Origin: Lingula anatina
Lineage: Eukaryota > Animalia > Brachiopoda
Direction of reading: 5' to 3'
DNA: 64,000 nt
NCBI GenBank assembly: GCA_051362555.1
Contig: CM120640.1
Coordinates: 26,460,225 to 26,524,224, forward strand
Shown here: in pieces, positions 23,672 through 37,400 of the stretch
Numbering within the stretch: position 1 is the stretch's first letter
Layout of the letters: each line of letters opens with the position of its first letter
Translations under genes and position numbers: made by a program
The notes under the pieces: model-generated
Seen by the model: the letters and a program-made list of their open reading frames with translations, nothing else
The model's database searches: none
What the model was told of the DNA's origin: nothing

Positions 23672-26600
23672 AGGTTGTCACAAAATCAAAGTTTTCTTGA
23701 CATCATTGTGAACTGATATATAAAGCATATGTGTCGGAATCTTCCAAAAAGTTTACTTTTAAAAAACGTTAACTTTTAAAGGCATGTTTAGAACAGTTGA
23801 TATATTTGTAAACCTTATAATAAATGTATTTAAGGCAAAAAGTCCATGAAGTGTCTATGACCTGTAAGATTACTTATCTTACTTAGAATCAGACAATACT
23901 AGGTTTGCCTTTGCTGAAATAGTTGCATCTTTTAATAAGAGGAATCTTGTTGTGTTTGTTGAAAATGTTACAGAGCCAAAGTTGTTAACATTCCATACTT
24001 CATTCATGTATGTATCAGAGGAATGATAGATAAGATATAAAGCTGGTAAGGTTGAAGATGCATATATTACCTGTCTCAGAATCCGTCCACTAAATATGCA
24101 AACTTGAACTATGGTTTGTGTGTAAACACTGCTAAATTGGTATTCACTTTTTTCATACTTTATGTATGTTGTTTTCTATTAAGATTTTCTAACACGATTA
24201 ATGTAAAAGTTTATCTAATATGGAAAATATAACAAAAATTTATTTTCTTTTCAGTTATTTGATAGTGCAAAAACAAACACATGGCTTCTGTTTAGTAACA
24301 AACTGTGACTTGCCTGAGACTTTTAAACCTCTTTTCATTTCATTTTCATGCTGCCTTTCAATTTTTTTTCTTGTAGAACCGATAAAATTGTATTTATGTT
24401 TACAAATGCTCAATAATGTTCCATGTGGTAGATGGTATAAGTTCAAACTTTCACATTCTGTAACATTTAACTCAAGGAATCAGGTTTGTTGTGCAATGTA
24501 ATTTTGATGGCGAACTTAAGAGTAAACTGTGCCCAAATGCCCAGAGTTACAGTTAACATTCCACCCCTAGAGAGTGACAAAGAGGCAGCAGCTGAACTGT
24601 ATTTTCAAAATGATAAATAACAAAGAGTGCATGTGTGACTTTAACCCACCTAATCAATTTCCAATACCTAAGAGACATCTTTGTATTGACTTCTTAGTAG
24701 AAGAGACTTGTTAATTATTAGCATTATTGTTATCTTACATTTTTCATGATGAAAATAAACTATATTGTCTTAGTTTGGTTTCATTTGCATTATTTTCAAA
24801 TAGAATAAACTTTATCGCTACTATTAATTTATTTCAAAACAATATATATCATCACAAGCACAAGATTGTAATCTTCCCAAGTATTACGATATAGATTTTT
24901 TTTCTTGATTAACTTTTTGAACATCATTTCTTAGCATGCTGTATTAGCACGGTCATGTGAATGGTGAGATTCGCAATGGTCGGCTTCGCCGTCGCAACTA
25001 ATGCATTTCTCTGGCCACTCTACTAGTAAGATACGCGAGCCAAGTGTGTGCTGTATTGAAGAAGTTTGTTGTCGGTGAATAATGGACCGCTGTCAGGTCG
25101 GATTAAATACATTCAAGATATAAAAGATTCGTCGTGTCAAGCTGTGTGATAAATGTTTTTAAATACTTAAGGGTTTTTTTCGTTTTTAATCACTGCGGAT
25201 AGTCGCCTTTTTATCTAGCATTCATAACATTTCCATAATGTGAAAAAGCAGTACGTACAGAGCGTGCAATGACTTCCAGAGAAAGAAAAATATTTGATAC
25301 CCCAGTTCTAACACTGCGTCTCAATTGAATCTTTCTTTCGTCTTATTTAAATCTTCAGTTTATCTCACAGGACCATAGCACTTGGTTGACATTAACTGTG
25401 AAAAAAGAAATGTCCCTCTATTAAAGGTGTCTCTGCTCATCGACATCACAAAGTCATTGACAAATGCTTTGGATAATTGGTTAGAACTTTTTTGTACACT
25501 TTCGAGGACTAAGAACTCCTTAAGTTTTAGTGGGCTCACGCAATGTTAACTATGAACGGTAAGATAAATAAACTTTACTTTTCATTCATCAGTCATGAAA
25601 AGCAACATGTTTCACTTCAGGCTGTTAGCCTGAGAGGCTGAGACGTTTACACTTTTCAAGCTTCCATTCAAACACACTCGTATAAAAAACTTTAAGTCTA
25701 TACTAATACTATTGAGCAGATTGAACAGTTAAATAGTATAAATGGTAATACCAAAATGATTATAGATTGTGTAGAATATCGAACATGTAAATCCCGCAAT
25801 GCCGATGTGTCAACACCCTTTTAAGTAGCGCATACATTCGTTGTCATGATATCTACTGTGTGTAAAATAATCACTTTTTTCAAACTAATAAATTAAATCT
25901 GGCGGCATTAATATGTGGTTCTTACTGAAGTACGAAGTTCGCCAGGGTTACGAGCATTTTCTCATCACTAAATCTCGGCGTGTCAGACAGGAATGTATGC
26001 AGGGCTTCCTTATTTCATCTGCGAAAGATAGCCCTGGAGATGGCAGGTCACTCTGTTATGGTTTTGCCTGCTTGGTGTTTTTTTTTTTTTCCAATATAAG
26101 ATTTATGAGCACTTATCCAGGGAGTCAGATGATCATCAAATTGTGACCAGCCCTTCTGACACACGCGCGCGCGCACCAACGCACGCACGCACACCAACCT
26201 CTTACGATTGATAGTAGTACGCCTTGTGTGTAAATACAGCCGGATCCATATTTGTACCCCCCACCCACCCAATATGAATAAATAAAAACAGAAGATTTAG
26301 TCCAACGAAAATAGAAGTCCTTTTGCACCAGTTAATTCTTCACGTAAACCATCCTTTGGTCATGTCATCAATATTTATAAGAATACTAACTATAAACTCT
26401 TGTTGCAACCGCTCGAATTTACACAAAGGAGCGGAAACGGTGCATATAGCATTTGCGGACTTTGTTAAGATTTATGTTTAGACTTCTAGAATACCCCGTT
26501 CGGATAGCCCACGACTAACTGTGGCTATGGATGCCTGTGTCTGACATTTTTTTTCCAATAGGAAACATAATTTAAATGTACCGTCTATATTTAGAAAAAA

Positions 26601-27896
26601 TAACTTATTTTGAAAACACCCAACGTCATAATCCGATTTGTTTTCAGATAAGAGTAAAGTTTTTAAAGGGAAATGTACTCACGCTTCGGGTTACATACCT
26701 GCTTGCAGTGGTTTGATTCATAAAAGTTCTGTACCCCTGGGCCACCTCCCTTATGTACGTTGATGCCTTTGATCTGGTTATTTTCTCCCTTTCTTTAAAA
26801 TTTTAAAGATCTTTTCATCAAAAGCTAGCTCTAATTATCTTGTATTATTTCAATTAGTTCAGTCCTTGAAGCGCTTTAAAAAGAATTTAAGAAAGGACAT
26901 TTTTCTTCATTATTATTGACACAAAGCATTCCCATGCAAATCTTCCTGGTAAGGGATAGTGCTTTGAATATTGAAATGAACCCACACCTGCGCTGCTTTA
27001 AATGCATGAAAATCAAAAGAAGGTTCAAAGAGTCACTTTTCAATGAGCATCGCAAGCCCACCACGTTTATAAAGGATAAACCCAATCTTTGCCTCTGTTT
27101 TCCTTTTTATGGACGAGACTCGGAGGTCTTGTTTTGTTTGCATTTGATGATTGATATCAATACGATACACCAGTGAGACACAAGAGAGAAACTTGGAGCG
27201 TGCGGTAAAGATGTTATGCGAATATCTTTAACGTTTATTTGGTCTCCAATTTTCTCGCTGGAATAACCCCCACATACCAGTGGCTAATTACAGTTTAGAA
27301 GGAGGCGTGACGGACGTTTTCGTGTGTCAAATAGGTGTTAACTGGATAATTGTGTAACTGAAGTGGAACCGCTTCTTGTTACACGCAGTGCGCCGCATTC
27401 CGCTGTATGTGGTGGCCCTTTACCCAGCACCGAAACAAATCCTCTCCTCCAGACGAGGTCATCATAACAATACAGTACGCGTTTGTTACCTGTTGGTGAC
27501 GAGGAAAGTCTGATGGTTAGCAGAAAGCACATGGCGTCCGCTCTCCAGTAATACCGGGGATATTAACACCGGAGTATCGGTTGCAGAGGCACCGTCAGAT
27601 ATGAGACGGTTACTGTTGGCATTGCATCTACTGTTCATTTCACTCGACACGCACTTTAAGGTGTGAAAGTTATCAGTCATTTGACGGAACCAGCGAGACA
27701 GGTTCAAGTTTGTGGAGTTTGAAGTGACGAGTTTAAGTAGAAATATTTAGCCTGATATCGTAGGATTTCAACAAACCATTTCCCATTGAGACTGACAGAA
27801 AGTCATTAAGATAACAGAAGTACAACCGTGCTGACAACACAAGAGACATTAACTGCAGTCCCGGCGTTTCAGGTAGCAAGTCATTGACCAGCCATT

Positions 27897-27910
27897 ATGA
27901 ACATCTTAAG
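27897..27910 (+). CDS. THSD4: ADAMTSL first coding exon (MNIL+)
   Basis: attATGAACATCTTAAG|gtgagt; phase 2 matches the next exon. Confidence 0.75.
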
Positions 27911-30900
27911 GTGAGTACATGAATGTTGTCGTGTGTCTGAGTTACTGGAGGTCGAGGACTATGTTTAGATTGTCGCTTCAATTCAATATTTCGCGCCTGA
28001 CAAGCATAATAATAATGCACTGCCGGTTAAACAGAAGAACGAGTTCTCGCTTTTGCCAATTTGTAGCGTGCAGTTTAATTTTATAAAATGGGAGTTACCA
28101 AGAATGAATCATCTCTCTGTAAAACTAATTATAACTTCACCTATCAAAATACAGCTTGATTATTTAGGACAGATGTATAGAGTACACAAGCATCAAGCAC
28201 GGGTGATACAACGTTAGCTGGTGTGATGTAGACCTTGGGCAGTCAGTCGGTATCAAAATATAAATGAGACACCGGGGTGAGCATTTTTGAAAGTCCTGGT
28301 CGTGACTATGGTGCATGATGAGGACCGTATAGGGTGAATGATTGAAATAAGGCATAGATTGGCAGAACACATGGTACCAGTAATATGGCATATTTTGTGT
28401 CAACGACAACCTGTTTTAAAAAGTTAACAAGAAATTAGATAGCTATCTGTTGCGAACACTTAACGAATGAACAAGGGGCTTTACATAAAAGTGGCACTGG
28501 TAATAGGCCTGGTACTGCTTTGCAGTCTCGCCTTTTTTATCGGGAATTAGTGCAAGCAATAAAAACGTCGTCAAGATTGGCTAGCTGTGGAATGCTATAA
28601 TAACGGCAAAGATACACATGCGACTTTAATATTAAATCCAGATCTAGTCTTTGATTAGTTTTTTGTTCGATATCATGATGTCGTTTTTCATGCCACCAGT
28701 GACAGTTTTAGAAGCTGATTTTGTGGCCATGGCGTGTTGTTTGATGGACGACTATTTCATTGCAACATTTTCAAATTTTTCTAGTTGAAAAATTACATAA
28801 AATGTATAGCGGCATTATTGTTTTGAAACAGTCATATCACATGTCATCGATTTTAAATAAGATTCGGATTTACGATAACCGAGTGGTTTGAAACGCCCGT
28901 TGTTAGTCGCATTTGAATTAATTGAATTTCACTTATTCCTAACTCATTTCACCTTTCTCGATAACTATTGCCTTAACACCCGTGTTATCAGGATTAACGT
29001 TATCGTGCGAACAAAAAAATTAAATCAATATCTTTCTATGGTGGGATCATGTAGATGGCGATTACGACCTCCACTTAAAAAAAGGGCTGGTCTACAGATG
29101 AGAGTTTGGAAACCAAATGTAAGTTTGCCTAAGTGATTATTCAAAATGGCAAGTGCCTCTTAAAATATCCCATGCTTTTTATTTGGTCCACGAGGAAAGC
29201 TTTGATGCTGCACTTGACTACGAGCAAAATGAAAAGACGAAGCGTGGGTTTAACAGTATGAAAACTTATGTTTGAAGGACGGAAGCATAATATGTCAATA
29301 ATAGAACCAATTTGTTCTTAGTTCGATCAAATTGCCCAGCCAAGTTTGTATTCTTTTTAGTCATTGTATAATATCGAAGAAACTCTTTGAAAACGCTACT
29401 GAGGGCATGAAAGTACACTTAGTATAACCAATACTAACAACTTCGCTTATTCAGTCGCATAACGTTTGCCTAAACAAAGGGTGCCTATAACTTCGCATCA
29501 TTTAATTAAGCCGGTATTTGATTACATTGAAAAGTGTATGTTGTGGCATGGTTCTTACATTTACAACACTTGCAAGAAAACCATCGTTTGCTTATCCGGT
29601 TTGCACCTTCAAGTGTTATTCCTAGTCGGCCGTGACTGCCCCGCGTTTCAAACATTGATCTGCAAGCAATCTCGACACACTAGTTATGTGAAAGTTAATA
29701 CTCTTTACATTTACGCTTCGTTTCCTTCATGTCTACGGTCTAACACTTTAGGTATATATGAGAAAATACAATGTGACATAGAATTTTTAACTTGAACTTT
29801 AACCAACACTACGGCACCGATGTCCTGTAATAGGCCTATATATCTGGGACCCAAGGACCTATGTATTTAAACCTATGAAGGATCTGGAAAACATCGCCAT
29901 TGCGGCAAATACAGTGTGGCAACTCTTTGTCGAACATGTTCTCATACTATTAAGTATATTTAACTCTCATTTATAGTCCCATATAACCATAGTCAATGTG
30001 GATAAACGAAAACGCCGTTGGTGTGATAAGGATCTGCCCCTTGTGCTCTACGGCTGTGCACTGTGCCAATGGGTTACCCTGTCTGGGTCTACAGACGTCA
30101 AATAATCGGGCCTGTAACAATCACCAATTTAGGCTCAACTACTACATTTAATTGGACTCTCGTTTGTCTTGTGTAATTTGATAATATTACAAAAATTCAG
30201 AGGTACTATGTGTGTGTTTGAAGGTGGTGTGACACTGAACCAAATCAAGAGAAACAGCACCCTGTGCCTGTGTTCAGTATATTTTCTTCGATAATATAAT
30301 TCTCAACGATATAAACAAAGTGACCAGCATGAAGGGCGCCCATGCACTATGCTGTCATTTGTATTTTCAGCTTTTTAATGTGTCTCATTTCCTCCATCAA
30401 ATCGATAGAACGTGCCCAGAATTAGTTTGAAGAAAGATTCACTGGATATCTGAACAAAGGGTTGATTTATCTTTTTAATTTTTTCAATTTTTCAAACAAT
30501 GTGACAGCTTTAAAATGGAAAGCAGCAATTATAACTTCCCATGAACCGCAGAAACAGTTGACAAATATAAGCGTAACCACAACTCAGAGTATACTATCTG
30601 TCAATTTGTCTTGCGATCCTTAAAAATTATCTCTGTAAACGATTATTTGCACTTGACGTGTCTATCTAAGGTAATACCCTTTAAAGTGCTGTGTCCACAT
30701 TAAAAGTTATTAGAGTAATCTCAAATTAAGAGCAGATTGTTATTTTCAATAAGAGTCGTATTTCGGACAATGTCCAAGGCGGGCAGTCGCAATAAAATCC
30801 CGACACTTTCTGATTAGATAGCCCTCTCAAGGAGATTGATGTTGTCTGGGTGCGTTGTTGCCAAAGGGTTGGGCTTCTCTTTCGATTAAATATTTAACCG

Positions 30901-33900
30901 CGTCCGAATGAAACTTTTAAGCCTCCTTCCTTTCCGACTAGATTCTCAATATCCCAATTTTACAAAGTAGGACACCATTTGCTACTGCAGTTATCACCCA
31001 ACGCCATTGGCTTGATTAAACTCTGTTTACTCTTTTGTGGAAACAGAAATAAATCTATTTAGATGCAGGTAGATTGAAACCAATTTTAATGTCTTAATCT
31101 GAATGAAAAGGCAGGTTTAACGTTACCAGGTATGCGGTATGTTATTGGATTGACATCATTACGCAATAAAACAGATGACAAATCAAACAATTTATTATTC
31201 GATTTTATAAGACAAGTTTTATATATCTTGATCTTGATTAAATCGCCGACGATATCGCATTGCTCGCTGCCTATCTCTATATTGTCCTTTATTGTCTGCG
31301 GGTTAAGATCCCGTACCTCACGGCTGTCACCCAGATGCTAGTGGTCTCCTAGTTACAACAGAAGCTTAAATATGAAGTAGAATAAAAGTCATGAGAAATG
31401 TCATCGAAATCGCGTTTAGAAAGCCTCGGCTCAATCTTGAAAAAAGGGCATGTCGCGTTCAGGTAGCGTAAACTTCCCACCCTATACTGTTTAACCCTAA
31501 AATTGTGTAAAAACACTTCTTTTTATTTCTTTACTTTTTTCATTAAACCTTTGACATCGGGTTTTTACTAAAGGTTGAAAAGTTACTTGCCAATGTGTTT
31601 GCACAGTAGAGTGAAAAGGGGGGAGCTTTACATTCTTTCACAGAATAATGGAAACAGGCTTTTTTTAGGCAAATATTGACAATTTGTTTTAGCTAGAATT
31701 CAAATTTGTTTTTTGTTGATAGAAAGAATCGAATAGTCCAATAGTTCGTCTGCTAGGTTCCCTATAATTTTTTCGTTTCATGTTTAACTCTTCTTTATAT
31801 CGTTTTGTATTTCAGCGTCACTGCGATCTTATCACTAACGACCCTTCTCGTCCAAGGAGTCGAAGCTTCTCAAAAACTCAGGCACAAGGTAAGCTTAGTA
31901 TCTACATGGTTGTAATGCGTGTCCAGGCCTCTAAAATTTCCTTTTTTTAAACAGAGCAGTATACAAAAGAAAATGGATATGTTTCACATTTGTCATGAGA
32001 AGTCACGTGTACAAAAGGAAATCGTCAAATAGGGTCAAGTGGCTGCAAATATTGAATAAATATTGACGTGTAAAGTGGTCTGAACGATCGATTCATTACA
32101 CCTGTGAAACACCTTCTACTCCTCTCTCAGACAAAACACTAGAAAATGATCCCGAAGTAATTTCGGTAATTTGTGTTGTGCATGGGTGGCCACTTGATAT
32201 CCAATGACTGAAAGAAAAGTTGAGGTCGAAAATACAATTCAGTCACCGACGACAAAAAGCGTTGCGTTTATTTGCTTCGCAAAATGTAAAAAAAAGACTT
32301 TGCAGGTAATGGTGGATACGGAAGTACATATCCCGTCAAGTCAAGTGTTAATTTCAATTACATCCCATAACCAGACAACATCAATACGAAATGGTGAAGA
32401 AAGCCATGAAATATATAAATTAAGAGTCCAAAGATTAACTTTGCATTTGGGGCGTGTAATTTTAGTTGTCATATTATAGGTGCTTAAAATGTAGATGACG
32501 TAAATAAGTGGACCCTTCGCGTGGAAACATCCACTTGCTTAAGTCACAGCCGCTAGCTTGAGAGGTCCAGGTGGGGGAAACCGTGGGAGACAGGAGTATC
32601 TAGGCAATAATAGCTTAAATGTGGCAGTAATAGGAGACCCACTGGACTTTGGTTCCTCTTTGCGACTTTTTTTCTCTACTGTCACGTGCTTATATCGCGC
32701 CTGATGGACATTCTTGAGCATATCTGCCAACAGCGAAAAAGATCGTTCAGTTGTCCCAGTTGGCATGGTGCCTTTATCGTGAAAACTGTAATAATTACTA
32801 CAGTGTTAATTTATAAGATTTTCTACAACAAGAAGATATATTTTTGTTCTGTTGATGAACTCAGCATTTTTTTTTTTTTTTACAGAAATTGTACCCGCGT
32901 TACAATCTTGTACTTGAATATACGGGTTGGACAACCGATACATGTCTTTTCTGCCCTCTTAGAAGGACCACTGAAATAGATCTAGCGCCGCTTATAATAA
33001 AGACTCTCCAACGCATGGTCAAGTCGTTTATCACAACACTTGAAGTGACGGGTCTTTGATCTGCAGATTTTGTATCGGATCGTTGGTTATCTGAAGGCAT
33101 TTTTTCATTTTACCGCGCGGTCCAAAAAAGGTCAAAGTGTGAATAGTTACGGGACGAAACGCAACACCACACATCAGACAGGCCTTCATTATCTCCTCCT
33201 AACCACTTTGATTTATAGCAATGTAAAAAGATAAGTGTTTATTGGGAAAAATATATGCCCACCGAAGATCTAAGAACGCTCATATAAGGACAAGATTATT
33301 TTTGCCCTGTAGTGCCCTACCATAAAATGGTCATACAGGAGAAGGAAGAGAGAAAACTATATATGTAACATGTTAAGGTCCGTATTTATTGTAATCAATG
33401 TCACATTCCAATTTCTTTTAAATTATTTTACCTGGATTCCCCCCGTCTGTCTTCCGAAGAGATACATAGACTTCACGGACTCCCCTAGATCTGTTCATGA
33501 AAATAATTGAAACCTATTATATAGAAGATGGCGTGGTCCAGATTTTACTAAGCGGGGTTATTTGTATACCCTTCACAACGATAGATGTGTTGACCACGCT
33601 TGAAAAATTAAAATATTTCTCTTACAATAATCCGCCTTGCTAGTTACATGGATGCTGTATTATATGACAAGTTGTTAAATTCTAATGCCTGTAATTTTAT
33701 ATATATTTTTTATGTCTCATATCAGTCCTTTAAAATTTCAAGTTTATTATAGCATACATTGTTAACTGCAGCTTTTTTAGAGGAAAGAGAATAAGATTTC
33801 ATTTTATAGTAGTCTTGGTTTCCACCAGTTTCTTTATCTCATATGATCAACGTTATAGTGGCCTCTGCCTGATTGCTTACTTCAAATGTACATTGTCATG

Positions 33901-34348
33901 CTACCGTTCTGTTATTTCTATCCAGTCATAAACACCCTCAGGACATATAAAATACAATTTCAATTTTCCTTAACAAAACACTTCCTTTCCCACTTATAGA
34001 TAGGAGCCCGATCCACAGGAGCTCAACATAAAGAGCATCAAACGCATATTTTAACAGAAGACATAGACCCCATTTCCAGAGATTAGATCGATCTACTTTA
34101 GATCGACCTAACTCCCTGGGGGTTCACGCTAAATAGCTGTCAGCCGAGCGGACACGAAAGTTAATTACCCCCTTACAGCTTGTAGTAGGCGGGACGGACA
34201 TTTAAACCGGATTATCTGACAGTAATCTAGTGAGACTCCCCGCGGGGATAGATCGATCTAAAAGCTCTGGGAATACAGCCATATATAAGATCTTTTCCAG
34301 TCTCGTAACCTCTATGGGTGTTCATGTATATATGGGCTTACATGCGTG

Positions 34349-34428
<80 letters not shown>

Positions 34429-37400
34429 GTCTTTTTCTCATTTTTTTTTTTTTTGTTAAAGCAACGAAACATATATCGCCATATTAACGGAACTTAACAA
34501 CAGCAGCACTCGATAAGATAGGTTAGGTTCGGGATTGACAACAGCGAACACAGGTGTGAACGGCTTTTAAAATATTTACTCGTATGTGACACTTGACTGT
34601 TATCCTATGCAAATTTGCGAAAAAGTGTTGCAGAGATTTTAGGTCGCTGACGCGTGAGTTGCTTTATTTGACACACTACTCCACAATGGCGACTGGACAC
34701 TTTTCAAAGTTGAAATTTCATAACAGACAAAGGCATTCCTGCACGGTTCATCTTTACAGTGTAATACCAAAATAAATGTTTGTAGTGCATCGCTGAGTTT
34801 CTTAAGTAAACGTTTTGGCATTCACAAAAACAGTATAAGTCACAAGAACCCTCGATAAGCAATACAAAGCTAATCCACAAAGCGTTCATTGTGAGACGAA
34901 ATTTGCCAACCCTCTTCTCGTGCCCATGACAGCGGCATGAGTGCGAAAAAACGCATGGCAAGCTCCATTTATGTCAAAAATTATTTATATAGAGTAAAAG
35001 TTGGAACGTTTTATTGTGGCCGTTTCAGACGTTATAGGAAACCATATTTCTCCAGCATGTAATACTTCATTTCACACATCTAAAGTGGACTAACGCCCTA
35101 GGGGTCACTCACAAGTTATTTTATGCATGCAAGGTCGAACCTGCAATTAAAAACATTTGGCGTCCAAGGAACACAACACAGTCAGGCTGAGGCTCTTTTA
35201 TTTCGCAACATTAAAGAGAAACTAATGCCTTGTTATGTTGATCGACCTTTCCAGATTTATTCGGAAGTTCGCCCTCTCTAAAATATAATGAAGACTATTA
35301 ACTTTAAGTAGGTGATAGCTTCGTCTCCGGTGCACATTTTAAATGGATGAATCCATGATGACAGTTTTAGAGTAACAGCAAGTAAATCAACCTCATTTCC
35401 AATGTAAAACCATTAGATAAAGAGCAATTAAGACCGTTTTCATGAATAAACGTGAGTTATTTATTTCACAGAATTTTGCAAGAGTGATTGTGTATCGTAG
35501 CACAGGCAGTCTTAACAAAAGCGTTATGAACCAGGAAAAGATTGTCAAAAGGAGGCCTAGTTACGGATATAGGCTAAGTGGGTTCTATAACGTAACCAAC
35601 AGGGTTGTTTGACATTTACGAATTCAAGTTTACCAAATAACTAGGCAGGGTTTTCCTCAATGAAAGTACACCAGTTCAACAGACAGTGCCAGATGTAATA
35701 TGCATATACAATAAAAGTTTATTTGGTTTTATTAAGTTTTGGGTTTTGAAAGCGTGTGTATTTTCATTTCTGCCAGCTCCTCTCCGAGAACATTACCTAT
35801 TAAAACCTGATTTACGAGTAAATGATGGACCTCTTTCTTAACTAAGACTGCTGAACTTTACCTTATTCAATTACCTCGGAAGTGCCATTTCAATGCTATA
35901 AAGTTCCCAAAGGTTTTCCCCTCCCTCCCATAACCCGCCATGATGGATCACTGCTTTCGATTTTGACCATCAGCTACCGATCACACCTTAAGCTTTTAAT
36001 GGCAACGTTATTGAAACGAACTCCGAATTTTCGACAACATAATAAACACATTGTGTTGTACTTCGAATCATATTTCAAATTTCTATTGCTACTCATGATG
36101 TTTAGCTCTCTAGACATGAAAACAATTGTCTGGGAACCAAGAGTGGCAGTCGAATTTGGGAACTTACTGAGCATACTGGTACTTTACAGTAAACTTATGT
36201 TATTCTATTTTACTTTGAACAAAGCAAGAACATGAATCAAGTATAAATTATACTCCCCAGGCGTCGATTTATAAAACTGTTTTATGCGGATGCTTCGACC
36301 ATTTTCTCTGCGTAATCAGTCAAATGTACAGCTAAATTATGCTCAATTTTTTGCCCCCGAGTTATTAAAGTTAAGAATCCCAATTATAGCGGCTTAACGG
36401 TTGACATGTCAGCAACCTCTGAAACCGAGAACCGCTAGTTAGAATATTGCCTTGTGATATTTGTATTGATCAAATGCAGACTTTGGCTTTATTTAGTTTT
36501 AATTCACATATATAATTGATTTTTTACAATTATATAACATACACAAATGTACAGTATACATAGTTTATAAACAGGCTTGCAGACTGTTACGACTGGGACA
36601 AGCAGTTGCAGTAAAATATATCTTAAAGCTGCTATGACCTTTAAATTTACACGTTTTGTATCTGGAGTGCTTTAAATTTGACAAAACAGTGCTCTTGATG
36701 GAAACGGGAATACCTAAAAATAACGTGTGTTTACTAGCACCATTAAATCAAGGTAGACAAGTGCCATTTAACGTCTTCACCGTTCACCTCAATCTTTCAG
36801 CTCCTGCGCGTTCTCGATAATTAGAAGATCAAAGAAAGTCACGTTTTTTACGATGCCTGAAATATTTCTAGTTGACCATGGAACAAAAACTCTCTTTACG
36901 TGAAACAAAGGAGCCACATCATTTAGTGTTTTTCCGGAAAATTGGGGTGGGGGTAGGCCTATATGTTGGAGTGTCAGTAGGTGGGTTATACAGCGCAGAA
37001 CCAATACACGGATTCCTCTGCTTGCAATATTAGGCCTACTGATTTGTGAGTGACGTTCAAAGAAGGACCAATGTCTGCAAGAGGTGGTAATCGCAAAAAG
37101 AAATATGCACAACCCTATAGGGGCCTATATACGCATTTTATCCTAAATCACTCACCTCCGCAAAAACCGCCCAAAACAATCTCAAGTTTTAAAAATATTG
37201 ATATATAAAGTAAAATTTTGGCGTGCAGTACACCTTTTGATACTCTTTTAAAATATGAGATATGGGTCTGCTCGAATCGGGTCTGTCAATGCACTGGCAG
37301 CAAGCGAACAAACTAATGGACATCATTTGGGCCCGCCCAGTTGGCACAGTGAGCTTTTTGGTTTAAACACACCTTTTGAATGGCCGGTAAGACGTAGATA

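Noticed and set aside
25606-25648. Hairpin with CTGA..GA(A/G)AC resembling a minimal hammerhead ribozyme or Penelope end
   Set aside because: Core CUGANGA and GAAA boxes are incomplete on both strands and no stem II or cleavage triplet could be assigned.
28310-28400. ATGATGA box C-like motif (snoRNA?)
   Set aside because: No box D (CTGA) or terminal stem at a suitable distance.
35140-35195. ccaaggaacacaacac, reminiscent of a SINE central domain
   Set aside because: Match too short; no tRNA-derived head or second copy in the window.
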